Positions 1 through 10,129 of a stretch of DNA of 35,074 nucleotides are shown piece by piece (position 1 is the first letter of the stretch; each line of letters starts with the position of its first letter). This DNA is from Octopus bimaculoides. Its lineage: Eukaryota. The translations under genes and the position numbers were made by a program. The stretch is from positions 113,664,923 to 113,699,996 of the forward strand of contig NC_068986.1 in NCBI RefSeq assembly GCF_001194135.2. Reading direction: 5' to 3'. Under the pieces are notes generated by a model. It was not told the DNA's origin, searched no databases, and worked only from the letters and a program-made list of their open reading frames with translations.

Positions 1-44
1 TCTCTACACACACATATATATGTATATGTACATATATATATATA

Positions 45-876
45 TAAGAAATAATTAAGATTCAGTTGAATTAGTTACTTAAGTTGACGTACCAAATCAG
101 TCCGGCTTTATCCACACAGCTCGAAGTAAGGTTAATAAAAAGCAAATAAGTAACAAGGATGTCCAGGTATTAATGCAAGCATTACATCTATTTGAATATA
201 CAGCGCCACCTTCAGTTGTAAAATAGAAAATTTCAACAGACCGGATATTCTATTATAATTTTTAGCAAATATTTCTTCAGAGCTAGAGAAGGAAAGAATT
301 CCATTGAGCTACTAATGTGGCAGAATAAGCTTAAAGAGAAACAACTACAATTTTGGAATGGCAGTAACGGAAACACAGTGGAGGTCATGAGATTGGTAAT
401 TTAGCTAATTTGTTATCTATCCTCTTATCATCATCAATAGATCTAATTCAACCAGACACTAGGAGTTGAAAGTTAAATTGTAGTCGCTGGTCACAAATAT
501 TATTCGATATTCTCCCAAACCTTAATTCTCTGTGGCTATAGATTCACTTGACCAGATAAAGTAGCAAATCTCACAGGAAGTCATCTAAATAGGGGTAAAT
601 ACCCATAAAAATAGGTAGGGTGGAGGTGACTTTTTTATTATTATCAGTTAAAGTGGACCTACAATAGAAAATATAGAACGCTACAATGATATCTAGATGG
701 GCATTAGGAGTACAGAAGGGAAAAAGACAGATGTAATCAAAGTGTAGAAAAATCTATCACTATATTTAGTATAATAGAAGCAATTTTTTCTCTTAAATTT
801 AGGAAGGGATGTAAGGACCATGTAATATAATAAGGATATATAGACCAATTGAAGGGCTAAAAAAGAAGATTACTTA
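45..876 (-). mobile_element. Unclassified (TA)n-flanked repeat, possibly a Penelope-like terminal repeat remnant
   Basis: Bounded by (TA)n on both sides. The minus strand carries two hammerhead-core-like heptamers (CTGAAGA at 274-280, CTGAAGG at 209-215). No convincing ORF. Confidence 0.3.
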
Positions 877-982
877 TATATATATATATATAAAAAAAAA
901 TAACTGCATAATAATTCATCCTAGCAGAACATACAGGTGCTCATGATAAAACCATTCAAACAATGAGGCTAACTTGCATGTC

Positions 983-1042
983 CTGATATCGTTGGTATTA
1001 TTTCCTATATATATATATGTATATATAAAACCAGCCGAAATA

Positions 1043-1046
<4 letters not shown>
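983..1046 (+). ncRNA. Degenerate type-I hammerhead-like motif with a TA-rich loop II
   Basis: CTGATAT (983-989; consensus CTGATGA), c, GTTGGT (991-996), TA-rich loop, ACCAGC (1030-1035), c, GAAA (1037-1040). The two stem II arms pair over 6 bp including one G-U. Confidence 0.35.
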
Positions 1047-1087
<41 letters not shown>

Positions 1088-1443
1088 NNNNNNNNNNNNN
1101 NNNNNNNNNNNNNNNNNNNNNNNNNNNNNNNNNNNNNNNNNNNNNNNNNNNNNNNNNNNNNNNNNNNNNNNNNNNNNNNNNNNNNNNNNNNNNNNNNNNN
1201 NNNNNNNNNNNNNNNNNNNNNNNNNNNNNNNNNNNNNNNNNNNNNNNNNNNNNNNNNNNNNNNNNNNNNNNNNNNNNNNNNNNNNNNNNNNNNNNNNNNN
1301 NNNNNNNNNNNNNNNNNNNNNNNNNNNNNNNNNNNNNNNNNNNNNNNNNNNNNNNNNNNNNNNNNNNNNNNNNNNNNNNNNNNNNNNNNNNNNNNNNNNN
1401 NNNNNNNNNNNNNNNNNNNNNNNNNNNNNNNNNNNNNNNNNNN

Positions 1444-1487
<44 letters not shown>

Positions 1488-2000
1488 ACCATCCGAAATT
1501 GCAAAGATAATTTGGCACTCGACTGAGGAAAGAAAACTCCGGATTACCCGTCCTTGTTTTCTTTGAATCGTCTATCTGAATGTTTTGTTGTCCCTTTTTT
1601 GTAACACCTACTGTCTGGATGTTTTGCCTTCTTGTGCCATTTTGTATTGTTATTTATATAGAGAGAGAGCGGTGTACGTTCACTTTGGTCTCTTATATGT
1701 AAGTATATACTTATCTAAATCTTGTACGACTCTATTCTTTCTTCCTATCAGCCCTTTCACGCTTATTCGTTCATTCCACTCTTCGTTCTTTCGTTCCTCC
1801 TCTCTCACATCTTCCTGCCTTCTCTTTTTTCTCACTTTCCCTCCTCTTTTCACTTCACTATGTCCCTGTCAATTTTTCTCGCCCCTCCCTAATTCTTCTG
1901 TCCCTCTGCCTCTTCTCTCTTCTCTCCCCACGTGACCGGTGTTCGGCCAAATCTGATCTTTCTCTCTTGGTTCGGCCATTGTCCGTGCAACATCTATATT
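1488..2000 (+). mobile_element. Non-coding repeat with hammerhead-like cores (Penelope terminal repeat or retrozyme-like), copy 1
   Basis: Homologous by eye to the minus strand of 4133-5020. Shared blocks include CCGAAAT...CTGA(G/T)GAAAGAAA...ACCCGTC, ATCTAAAT(C/T)TTGTACGACTC and GATCTTTCT...CAACATC. Confidence 0.6.
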
Positions 2001-3132
2001 CCTCCCTGTACCTGTGAAATTTTATCAATATAATATTGTTACAAGTAGACGTTGGATGTCGTGGATCTGCAGCTAAATTCACGATGTTCAAAATAAAAAA
2101 GCATTTGATTTAGGAGGTATACAATTGCAGCAATTCGTAAACTGTAAAGTGATGCAAAGGAAACGTTTTGCTCGATAAGAGAAAGGTTTGTGATAGAAAT
2201 ACCAAACTGAGAGTGGCGAATAATTCTGGGAGAAATATTGAAAGTACGATAGTTCCTGCACAGTTGAAGACGTTACAAAGGCATCTGGCTTAGTATGAAA
2301 TGTGCATGGATAAGACAAAGGAAATGTTTTCCTACGGTGTGGTTCAAATTAATTACACAAGCCATGGAGGAGTCGATGTTGCTTGGTATCTCCAAAAGAA
2401 TTCTACTGGGATGTGGCGAAACCGTTGTGATACCAAGTAGACAGCTTATGGTGGGAATGTCGCTCAGTGTAAGTATATATATTTTGTAAACGTATTTATT
2501 TGACTGCGTAATGAGCCATTTCTAGATTGTCAAGATTCGCTAGCTCAATGAGATCCAAAGATAGACAGACACACGCTCAAATTAATTATTATTGTCATAT
2601 GTATAAAAAGAAAAAAACACATTTTAGTCACAGCTGGAAAAAGCAGCAGGGTAGTTCGTCAAATGTACTCATCCAAGATATTCTCCACTGATTCACAGTT
2701 AGAAATGTGCAAGACCGGAAGTGCTTTTAAAAGAAATTATCTACAAATGAATGCACTGTTACATGAAGACATATGTATCTATATGAGAATGTGTCTGTAC
2801 GTTTCTTCCGACGTACGACCATGTGTCTCTGCGTCTATCTACATAAGACGTCTCTGTTAATGTGTGTGTAATAGCAATTTTTGTATTAAACATCTACCAA
2901 ACATTTAGATTCATAGAATGAAAACGGCAAATGAAAACATATAAGGTACACCAACAAGATAATCTCTTATCGCTGTATATAAATATATATGTATTTATGT
3001 ATAAGTGTGGGTGTGTGTCTCTGTCTGTGTGTGTGAAAATTAAATGCATACAAGTACNNNNNNNNNNNNNNNNNNNNNNNNNNNNNNNNNNNNNNNNNNN
3101 NNNNNNNNNNNNNNNNNNNNNNNNNNNNNNNN

Positions 3133-3202
<70 letters not shown>

Positions 3203-3379
3203 TGTATATGTGTATATATATGTATGTGTATATATATACATATAAATATATATGTATTTATGTATAAGTGTGGGTGTGTGTCTCTGTCTGTGTGTGTGAA
3301 AATTAAATGCATACAAGTACCCACTTATACATGTCTATGAATAACACCTCTGTTGTTATTTTAATACCAATGACATAAA

Positions 3380-3484
3380 TTATTATTATTGGTTTGGTTG
3401 TTGTAGTTGTTGCTCTTCTTCTTCTTCTTCTTCTACTTCTTCTTCTTTTTCTTCTTCTTCTTCTTATCATTATTATTATTATCA

Positions 3485-3530
<46 letters not shown>

Positions 3531-3580
3531 GGTTGTTGTTGTTGTTATCATTATTATTATCATTATTATCATCATTATAA
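3380..3580. repeat. Compound trinucleotide microsatellite (ATT/GTT/CTT/ATC)n
   Basis: Directly visible. It explains the poly-I/L/V ORFs. Confidence 0.95.
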
Positions 3581-4132
3581 TGGCAGCGACTAGAATCGAA
3601 GTCTACTGCAATACTTTAAATGCGCAACCATACAAGCCAGACGACACAACGATAGACAAGGACAAACATAAACATAGACACACAACTGATGAAGCTAAAT
3701 CTTCGTATTTAGATATAATTTCAACGAGATAAGTTTTCTATCTCTCTATATGTAAGAGTGCCTGTCAATATTAATATGTGTTCGTAAGCTTTCTAAGATA
3801 CATTTTGTTTCTAATTTATTTATCAAAAGATTCTTAATATTTAATACTTTATTTATTTTGTCTCTCCTCATTTCTCTCTTGTTTCTGCAGGTGTATATTT
3901 CGTACTTCCGTTTTTTTATTGCAAACACATCCACACATTATGTCTTATTTTTCGCTGTCTCTAAAATTGTATATATATATACATACATACATGCATACAA
4001 ACATGCATACATACATATATACATACATACATACATACATGCATATATNNNNNNNNNNNNNNNNNNNNNNNNNNNNNNNNNNNNNNNNNNNNNNNNNNNN
4101 NNNNNNNNNNNNNNNNNNNNNTATATATATAT

Positions 4133-5020
4133 AAATGGAACAAAAACGCAATTGAGAGCATTAAAATGTTTGGACAGATAGCCAACATAAAGGCGGACAG
4201 GAGAAACAACAATTAGAAAGACAAGCAAACAAAGACGGGTCCTTCTTGGCTTTCTTTCATCAGTGAAGTACCAGAAGTCATGACCATTTCGGGCAGTTAC
4301 ACTTGAGATGGTTCGACCTGGTTGCCCCAAAAAAGTCTAAGCTAAGAGCATTAGACCCCTTTGTAAGAAAGCTAGCGAATGTGTACGGCAACAAAGCCGA
4401 AAAAAAACAAGCAAACAAAAAACGGGGAACACAAATACGAATACAACAACAAGAAATAACAACCGACGTGCTTCGGCTGAGAACGATTCAAATTGAGCTG
4501 ACGTGTATGAAGTAAAAGCCTAGAGGCAGGAACATGGGAGATGGACAAAAGAGATGTTGACGGTCGGCAGTCAGGCCATGAAAGAAAGATCTTGGCTGGA
4601 GAGATGGGTAGGTGACAGCAGGATTGGAGGATTAGAAAACAAAATGAGAGACAAAGGGAAAGATGCAAGGGAGATAAACGAGTGGGAAATAATGGGAGTT
4701 AAAGAAAGGGGGGACTAAGAAATGAGAGAGAGAGAGAGAAAGGGAGAAAAATGAGAGGGGGAATAAAGATAAACTAGGAGTCGTACAAAATTTAGATGCA
4801 TATCTACTATAAAGTGAACACAAGGGTGTACGTACGCTGCTACATATATACATTTTAAAATGGGACAAAAACGCAATACCAGGCATTAAAACGTTCACGT
4901 GGAAAGAGGGAAAATGGGTAGGGGACAGCAGGATTGGAGGATTAGTAAAAAAACAGAGACAAAGGGAAAGGTACAGGGGAGATAAACGAGTGGGGGAAAT
5001 AGTGGGAGTTAAAGAGAGTT
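4133..5020 (-). mobile_element. Same repeat family as 1488-2000, inverted, as a partial head-to-tail multimer
   Basis: Internal direct repeats 4604-4710 vs 4914-5018 and 4133-4170 vs 4858-4895. Minus strand has GAAA (4287-4290) and CTGATGA (4257-4263). Confidence 0.6.
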
Positions 5021-5090
5021 CAAAAGGAGATAACAAAACCAAGGATGTGAGGAGTTTTCAGGACATTTATAAGGAAAAATATATAGATAT

Positions 5091-5140
5091 AGTATTAAAG
5101 CTGTTTCTGGAATATTCCGGATATTCCTTCATCAGAGACG
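5091..5140 (-). ncRNA. Degenerate minimal type-I hammerhead ribozyme-like motif
   Basis: Minus strand reads cgtct CTGATGA a GGAATAT ccgga ATATTCC a GAAA cagcttta atac. Both core halves are intact and stem II is a perfect 7 bp. Helix III is one base from the palindrome ACAGCTGT seen intact at 12525-12537. Confidence 0.55.
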
Positions 5141-5467
5141 ATGTGAGATGGTTAAATAGAGGCAAATATTTGAGTTCGAAATAAGGAATTATTATGGAAA
5201 AGGAGGAGTTAGGGAATATAGAGGGAAATAAGGGAATGAAAGTAGAAATATAAATATAAAATATATAAAGATATTGTAGTTTCAGTTCCATTATTCGAGG
5301 AAAGTGGTGTATACAAGTGGTAAAAAAGTTGTCTGTGCATGGTATGTAACTTCCAATAGCAGTCCATGTTTAATCATTTAAAAGTATGGAGCCGTGGATT
5401 TTTGGTTGCTCATTTGAAACGGTCTTGTGGTGTGAATGAAACTTTGACATTCTATAGGTAGTATTTG

Positions 5468-5612
5468 TAGATAGATAGATAGATAGATAGATAGATACAT
5501 AGATAGATAGATAGATAGATAGATAGGTAAGTATGTAGGTAGGTAGGTAGGTAGATACACACACACACATACATACATACATACATAAATACATACATAC
5601 ATGTATACATAC
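5468..5612. repeat. Compound (GATA)n/(GGTA)n/(CATA)n microsatellite
   Basis: Directly visible. Confidence 0.95.
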
Positions 5613-5952
5613 ATAGAGAGAGATATAATGTGTCCGTAAAATTTTCTTCTTTCATTCAACTGAAGTCTTCGTAATAAATAGAACCCACTTCCAACTGTGC
5701 ACTACGCTGTAGGTAAACTTTATTGGACTTCGCCTTAACATATAAACAAAATGTATAGTATTCTAAATTACATCAATCAATATCTTTGAAATTCTACCAT
5801 TATTTTCGTTCACACACATACACTTACACATATGCTCATGGGCATACATATTTATATATATATATATATATCATCACGTTAAACCGTCAATACCGACACA
5901 TATTTAGCCTCATCGTATTTTCTTTCCGTCACCATTTTTCATCTTCTCCTCA

Positions 5953-5988
5953 CTTTTTGGTGAAGAGTGTAGGCTCGAAACGTCAGAA
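5953..5988 (+). ncRNA. Degenerate minimal hammerhead-like motif
   Basis: cttt TTGGTGA a GAG tgtagg CTC GAAA cgt C agaa. Stem II is 3 bp, helix III is the palindrome ACGT, the triplet is GUC. Two core substitutions. Confidence 0.45.
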
Positions 5989-6689
5989 TTCCCACAATCA
6001 AATTCATGCACCGGCTTGTTGTTTCCTCACATGTCTTTGACTTCTGTTGATAGTACAGAAGAACAATNNNNNNNNNNNNNNNNNNNNNNNNNNNNNNNNN
6101 NNNNNNNNNNNNNNNNNNNNNNNNNNNNNNNNNNNNNNNNNNNNNNNNNNNNNNNNNNNNNNNNNNNNNNNNNNNNNNNNNNNNNNNNNNNTATATATAT
6201 ATATATATATATATATATCCCCGTGCTCATATATCATATAAAGAAACGTTTACAGATGACTGCTTACGTATTTGTTTTGGTGTACTTCTGCGTTTGTGTG
6301 CGTATGTGTTTGTATGCGCCCTTCCCAAAAACTCCGGGTCTTGTGCCTAGAGTAGAAAAGAAGAAGAAGAATAAACAAAATCGCTTTCTTCAATTTTCTA
6401 TGGTCTTGTATTTCAACTTACCTTTGTGTCTTGCTTTGTTTATTAATAATTTCCAATAACATGCGTTATCAAGCTGTTGTACCACATGTTGCACACTGGC
6501 ACAATGTTGAATAGCGGTATAGCACAATATATACTTCGTACACACACACGCATACACGCACGCACACACACATACACACACACAAACACTAACACATGTA
6601 TTATTATATATATATATGATTTTGTCTGATCCTCTTGTATCTTCTCTCGCTCCCCTTTCGGTCCTTCTCACGATCTCACTACATAAATA

Positions 6690-6710
6690 TACATATATAT
6701 ACATACATAG

Positions 6711-6780
<70 letters not shown>

Positions 6781-6875
6781 GTATGTATGTATATTTGTAT
6801 GTATGTATATATTTTTATATGTACACACCTATATACATATATATGTGTGTGTGTGTATATATATATATATATTTC

Positions 6876-6912
<37 letters not shown>

Positions 6913-6945
6913 CGAGAGAGAGTGAGAGAGAGAGAGAGGAAGAAG
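6690..6945. repeat. Compound (CA)n/(TA)n/(GA)n microsatellite
   Basis: Directly visible. Confidence 0.95.
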
Positions 6946-7579
6946 GATAGAGTGGGCAGAGAACAACAGAAAGACATGTATAGAAATAGAGAGTCAGAGA
7001 GATAAGCCACGTCTCAGATCAAATAGGGAGCTTTGGAACAGTGTGACATATTTGATTAACTTCCGGCTTTTGTCAGTAACAATTGTGGTTGTAATTTGTC
7101 AGACGCTATGATTGCCTTTGAAGGAAGCAGCACATTGTTTAGTGCACCTAGTGAGATCGTGAGTGAGAGGTTTGGGGAAACAACATGTTGCATAGTATTT
7201 AGTTAGAGATCAGGAGCTGATGAAATCTGTTAGCTTGTAAATATGAATGAATGTATATATGCATGTATGCACGTAGATATGCCTGCATATAAATATATAC
7301 ACATACACAAATGCATATGCAGGCACACAGTTATACATATATCTTCATAAATATAATTACATAAGGTACAGTAGCAATGAATTTCGGGATAGATTTGATG
7401 TCTTCATGTCTCCTTTTTTCAGAAACAGTTCGATGCATTGGTGAACAGTCAAGGGTGTTGGAAACGATAAACATTAAATTCGTAGTTGAGAAAAGTTGTA
7501 TGAAGAAATGGATTCCATTCGATAACACGTACTTATATCGTGTTGATTCGCGCCGTGTATGAAAATGCCGACTTTATGA

Positions 7580-7905
7580 CGGCTGTTCAATACTGTATAA
7601 TCTCTGTAAAAGCTGTAAGACGTGACATGCATAACGGGAATGAGGACTATGAAGCCGTGGCCAGCAGGAAGGGATACCTCAGGCATTCTGACTACGTCCG
7701 CACGACCGAATTTATGCAACAACTGTTGGACACGTTGATGGAAGATCCAAACAAAGAAATCCGGTGTTTGATGAGAGAATACGAGTGTTAAAGTAGAGAG
7801 CAGCAACTGGTTCTGATTGAGGACTTACGCTACCACTTGTACATGAAGGACAAGGGGAGAATTATTTTAGCCATTGTTAAAAGTAACCGTTTGACGAAAA
7901 GTAAC
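7580..7905 (+). mobile_element. Degraded IS630-Tc1-mariner transposase N-terminal remnant (most like maT/Bmmar1-type from memory)
   Basis: One frame reads AVQYCIISVKAVRRDMHNGNEDYEAVASRKGYLRHSDYVRTTEFMQQLLDTLMEDPNKEIRCLMREYEC*SREQQLVLIEDLRYHLYMKDKGRIILAIVKSNRLTKS. This fits the recalled pattern VRTxxF...EDPxKSIR...EDLxYxxY...GxxL...NRL. It has an in-frame stop at 7789-7791 and is cut off by a SINE. Confidence 0.65.
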
Positions 7906-7906
7906 C

Positions 7907-8093
7907 GTGTGTCTGTTTTGTCCCCCCAACATCGCTTGATAATCGATGCTGGTGTGTTTACGTTCCCTCGGCAAGAGGGACTGTTAGAATAAGTACTAGG
8001 CTTACAAAGAATAAGTCCTGGGGTCGATTTGCTCGACTAAAGGCGGTGCTCCAGCATGGCCTCAGTCAAATGACAGAAACAAATAAAAGAAAA
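7907..8093 (+). mobile_element. tRNA-derived SINE family A, 3' half
   Basis: Matches the 3' halves of the copies at 11487, 13438 and 33438 (GAATAAGTACTAGGCTTACAAAGAATAAGTCCTGGGGTCGATT...GGCGGTGCTCCAGCATGGCC). Confidence 0.85.
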
Positions 8094-8287
8094 CCGACAT
8101 AACGTATACTGAGTGTACAGCCGGAAGGGAGAAAATCACAGAAGGTCCGTAATTCTTCATCAGTTATCAACCAATTCAATGGAGCGAAACGGAGTGTCAC
8201 CAACTGGATAATAACTGATGAAGTATTGGGGATCTTCTGTTTTTGTCTCCCGCCCGGTTCTACTCGCAGTATATAATATATCGTTTG
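8092..8287. repeat. Imperfect inverted repeat (foldback), arms about 75 bp
   Basis: 8155-8167 CTTCATCAGTTAT is the exact reverse complement of 8211-8223. Similarity continues outward to about 8092 and 8287. Confidence 0.65.
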
Positions 8288-8417
8288 TTTATTTACCACA
8301 CACACACATATACATACACACATACATATAACTGAAGATTAGGTTTGGTATATAATGCCACTTGCCAAAATCAAACTCATTGCTCCAAGAACCACCATAA
8401 AAATTACGATAAAGTTA

Positions 8418-8601
8418 CACACGAGCAATGAAATGTACATTTTAGAAATAGGCTTACCTTTGCTGTGAATACATCGATAAGTAATGCATATTTCAATATC
8501 AATTGATTTCATGCTTTGCATGACAAAGAAGCATTGCAATCTTCACTTGAAAACAGCATTTAACATCTATTTCTAAAATATTCACTATCTTAGCTCGTGT
8601 G
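8418..8601. repeat. MITE-like inverted repeat, arms about 35 bp
   Basis: Perfectly complementary blocks CACACGAGC/GCTCGTGTG (9 bp) and ATTTTAGAAATAG/CTATTTCTAAAAT (13 bp). No clear TSD. Confidence 0.55.
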
Positions 8602-8891
8602 CGTTCCTTACTTTAAACTTTCCACTTCGTTTAAAAGAGACTATCGAAAACAAGAAAAATGTAAATAAAGTTGTATTATTACCGTTATATACAGTAATGA
8701 TCAGGTAGCTAGCAAGTTCATACCTTTACAGGCACAATGTAAAGTAACTTAAGATTAGGTTGAGTATATAACACCACTTCTTATATTAAATCTCTGAGAG
8801 AAATGTAAACAGTAGCAAATCAGAATCGTAACATCTAATTAATTACCAACCAAGTATGGCAATTACATCTATATATATATATATATATATA

Positions 8892-9131
8892 TAGTTTTAG
8901 GGAGAAGAACAAAGGTTCATGAACTCAGCGATGAAACTCCACTGTCACATATAGAAAAATTAATAAGAGCACAATAAATAAGTACAATATAATACAAAGT
9001 AAATTCATAAGATTTAATACTTTGTATTATATCATTCTTATTTATTGTGGCTTTACTTATGAGTTTTTCTATATGTGACAGTGGATTTTCATCGATGAGT
9101 TCATGAACTGTGGTTCTTTTCCCTAAAACTA
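8892..9131. mobile_element. 240-bp near-perfect palindrome within (TA)n
   Basis: Arms of about 110 bp (TAGTTTTAGGG...ATACAAAGTA / TACTTTGTAT...CCCTAAAACTA) around a short spacer. One arm recurs alone at 30418-30545. Confidence 0.85.
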
Positions 9132-9553
9132 TATANNNNNNNNNNNNNNNNNNNNNNNNNNNNNNNNNNNNNNNNNNNNNNNNNNNNNNNNNNNNNNNNN
9201 NNNNNNNNNNNNNNNNNNNNNNNNNNNNNNNNNNNNNNNNNNNNNNNNNNNNNNNNNNNNNNNNNNNNNNNNNNNNNNNNNNNNNNNNNNNNNNNNNNNN
9301 NNNNNNNNNNNNNNNNNNNNNNNNNNNNNNNNNNNNNNNNNNNNNNNNNNNNNNNNNNNNNNNNNNNNNNNNNNNNNNNNNNNNNNNNNNNNNNNNNNNN
9401 NNNNNNNNNNNNNNNNNNNNNNNNNNNNNNNNNNNNNNNNNNNNNNNNNNNNNNNNNNNNNNNNNNNNNNNNNNNNNNNNNNNNNNNNNNNNNNNNNNNN
9501 NNNNNNNNNNNNNNNNNNNNNNNNNNNNNNNNNNNNNNNNNNNNNNNNNNNNN

Positions 9554-9622
<69 letters not shown>

Positions 9623-10065
9623 TGTATTACAGACGTGTGTGCATTTACAAGGCTCTATTCGTCTCCATCTTCTGTTCTCTATAGGAAACGGGACCCCAAA
9701 TGTAGTATGAAAAAAGCATATTTTTGTAGAACATTCATTCAAGTGCGTGGTTCAGTTTGGAAACGCTTATTAGAGCCAAGCACTCTTCTCCTGCGATACT
9801 TGTCATCCACATTGGAGAATCCGTTTCCACTCCTGTTCGACATGGAAGTAAACCCAACTGAGCATCTGTAGCAAGAGGTCGACTTCGTCGTCGATACTTC
9901 GATCAGGACTGAATGGTTGCTAATGAATCACGTGGTCACTAGCTGAAGGCTCCCGACATACAATTTCTTCTCAACACACACTGATCTTACTTTTTTTTCT
10001 TTCGCGCTCTCTCTGCCTCTTCCTCTCACTATTTATCTATCTATCTCTTTTCGTCATCTCTCTCG

Positions 10066-10129
<64 letters not shown>

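Noticed and set aside
2294-2474. Possible exon (AG at 2292-2293, strong GTAAGT donor at 2469). One frame reads GGVDVAWY...GMWRNRCDTK*TAYGGNVAQC, faintly SRCR-like
   Set aside because: The SRCR-like frame has a stop at 2438-2440, the open frame matches nothing I recognise, there is no polypyrimidine tract, and no partner exons were found. RNA-seq or BLASTX would be needed.
2977-3320. Exact duplication of about 80 bp on either side of gap 3058-3131
   Set aside because: Typical scaffolding overlap or uncollapsed-allele artefact around a microsatellite.
3686-3718. CTGATGA followed by an AGCTAAAT/ATTTAGAT hairpin
   Set aside because: GAAA is replaced by ATAA, and no helix III or helix I can be formed.
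7150-7235. GAAA-CAACATGTTG palindrome and a downstream CTGATGA
   Set aside because: No stem II, wrong base at the cleavage triplet, and no GAAA after the CTGATGA.
9640-9960. Compositionally balanced, coding-looking stretch (minus frames include PFSPDRSIDD and KKLYVGSL)
   Set aside because: Only short chance-level resemblances to Tc1 and RRM motifs, in frames with stops and without splice signals.
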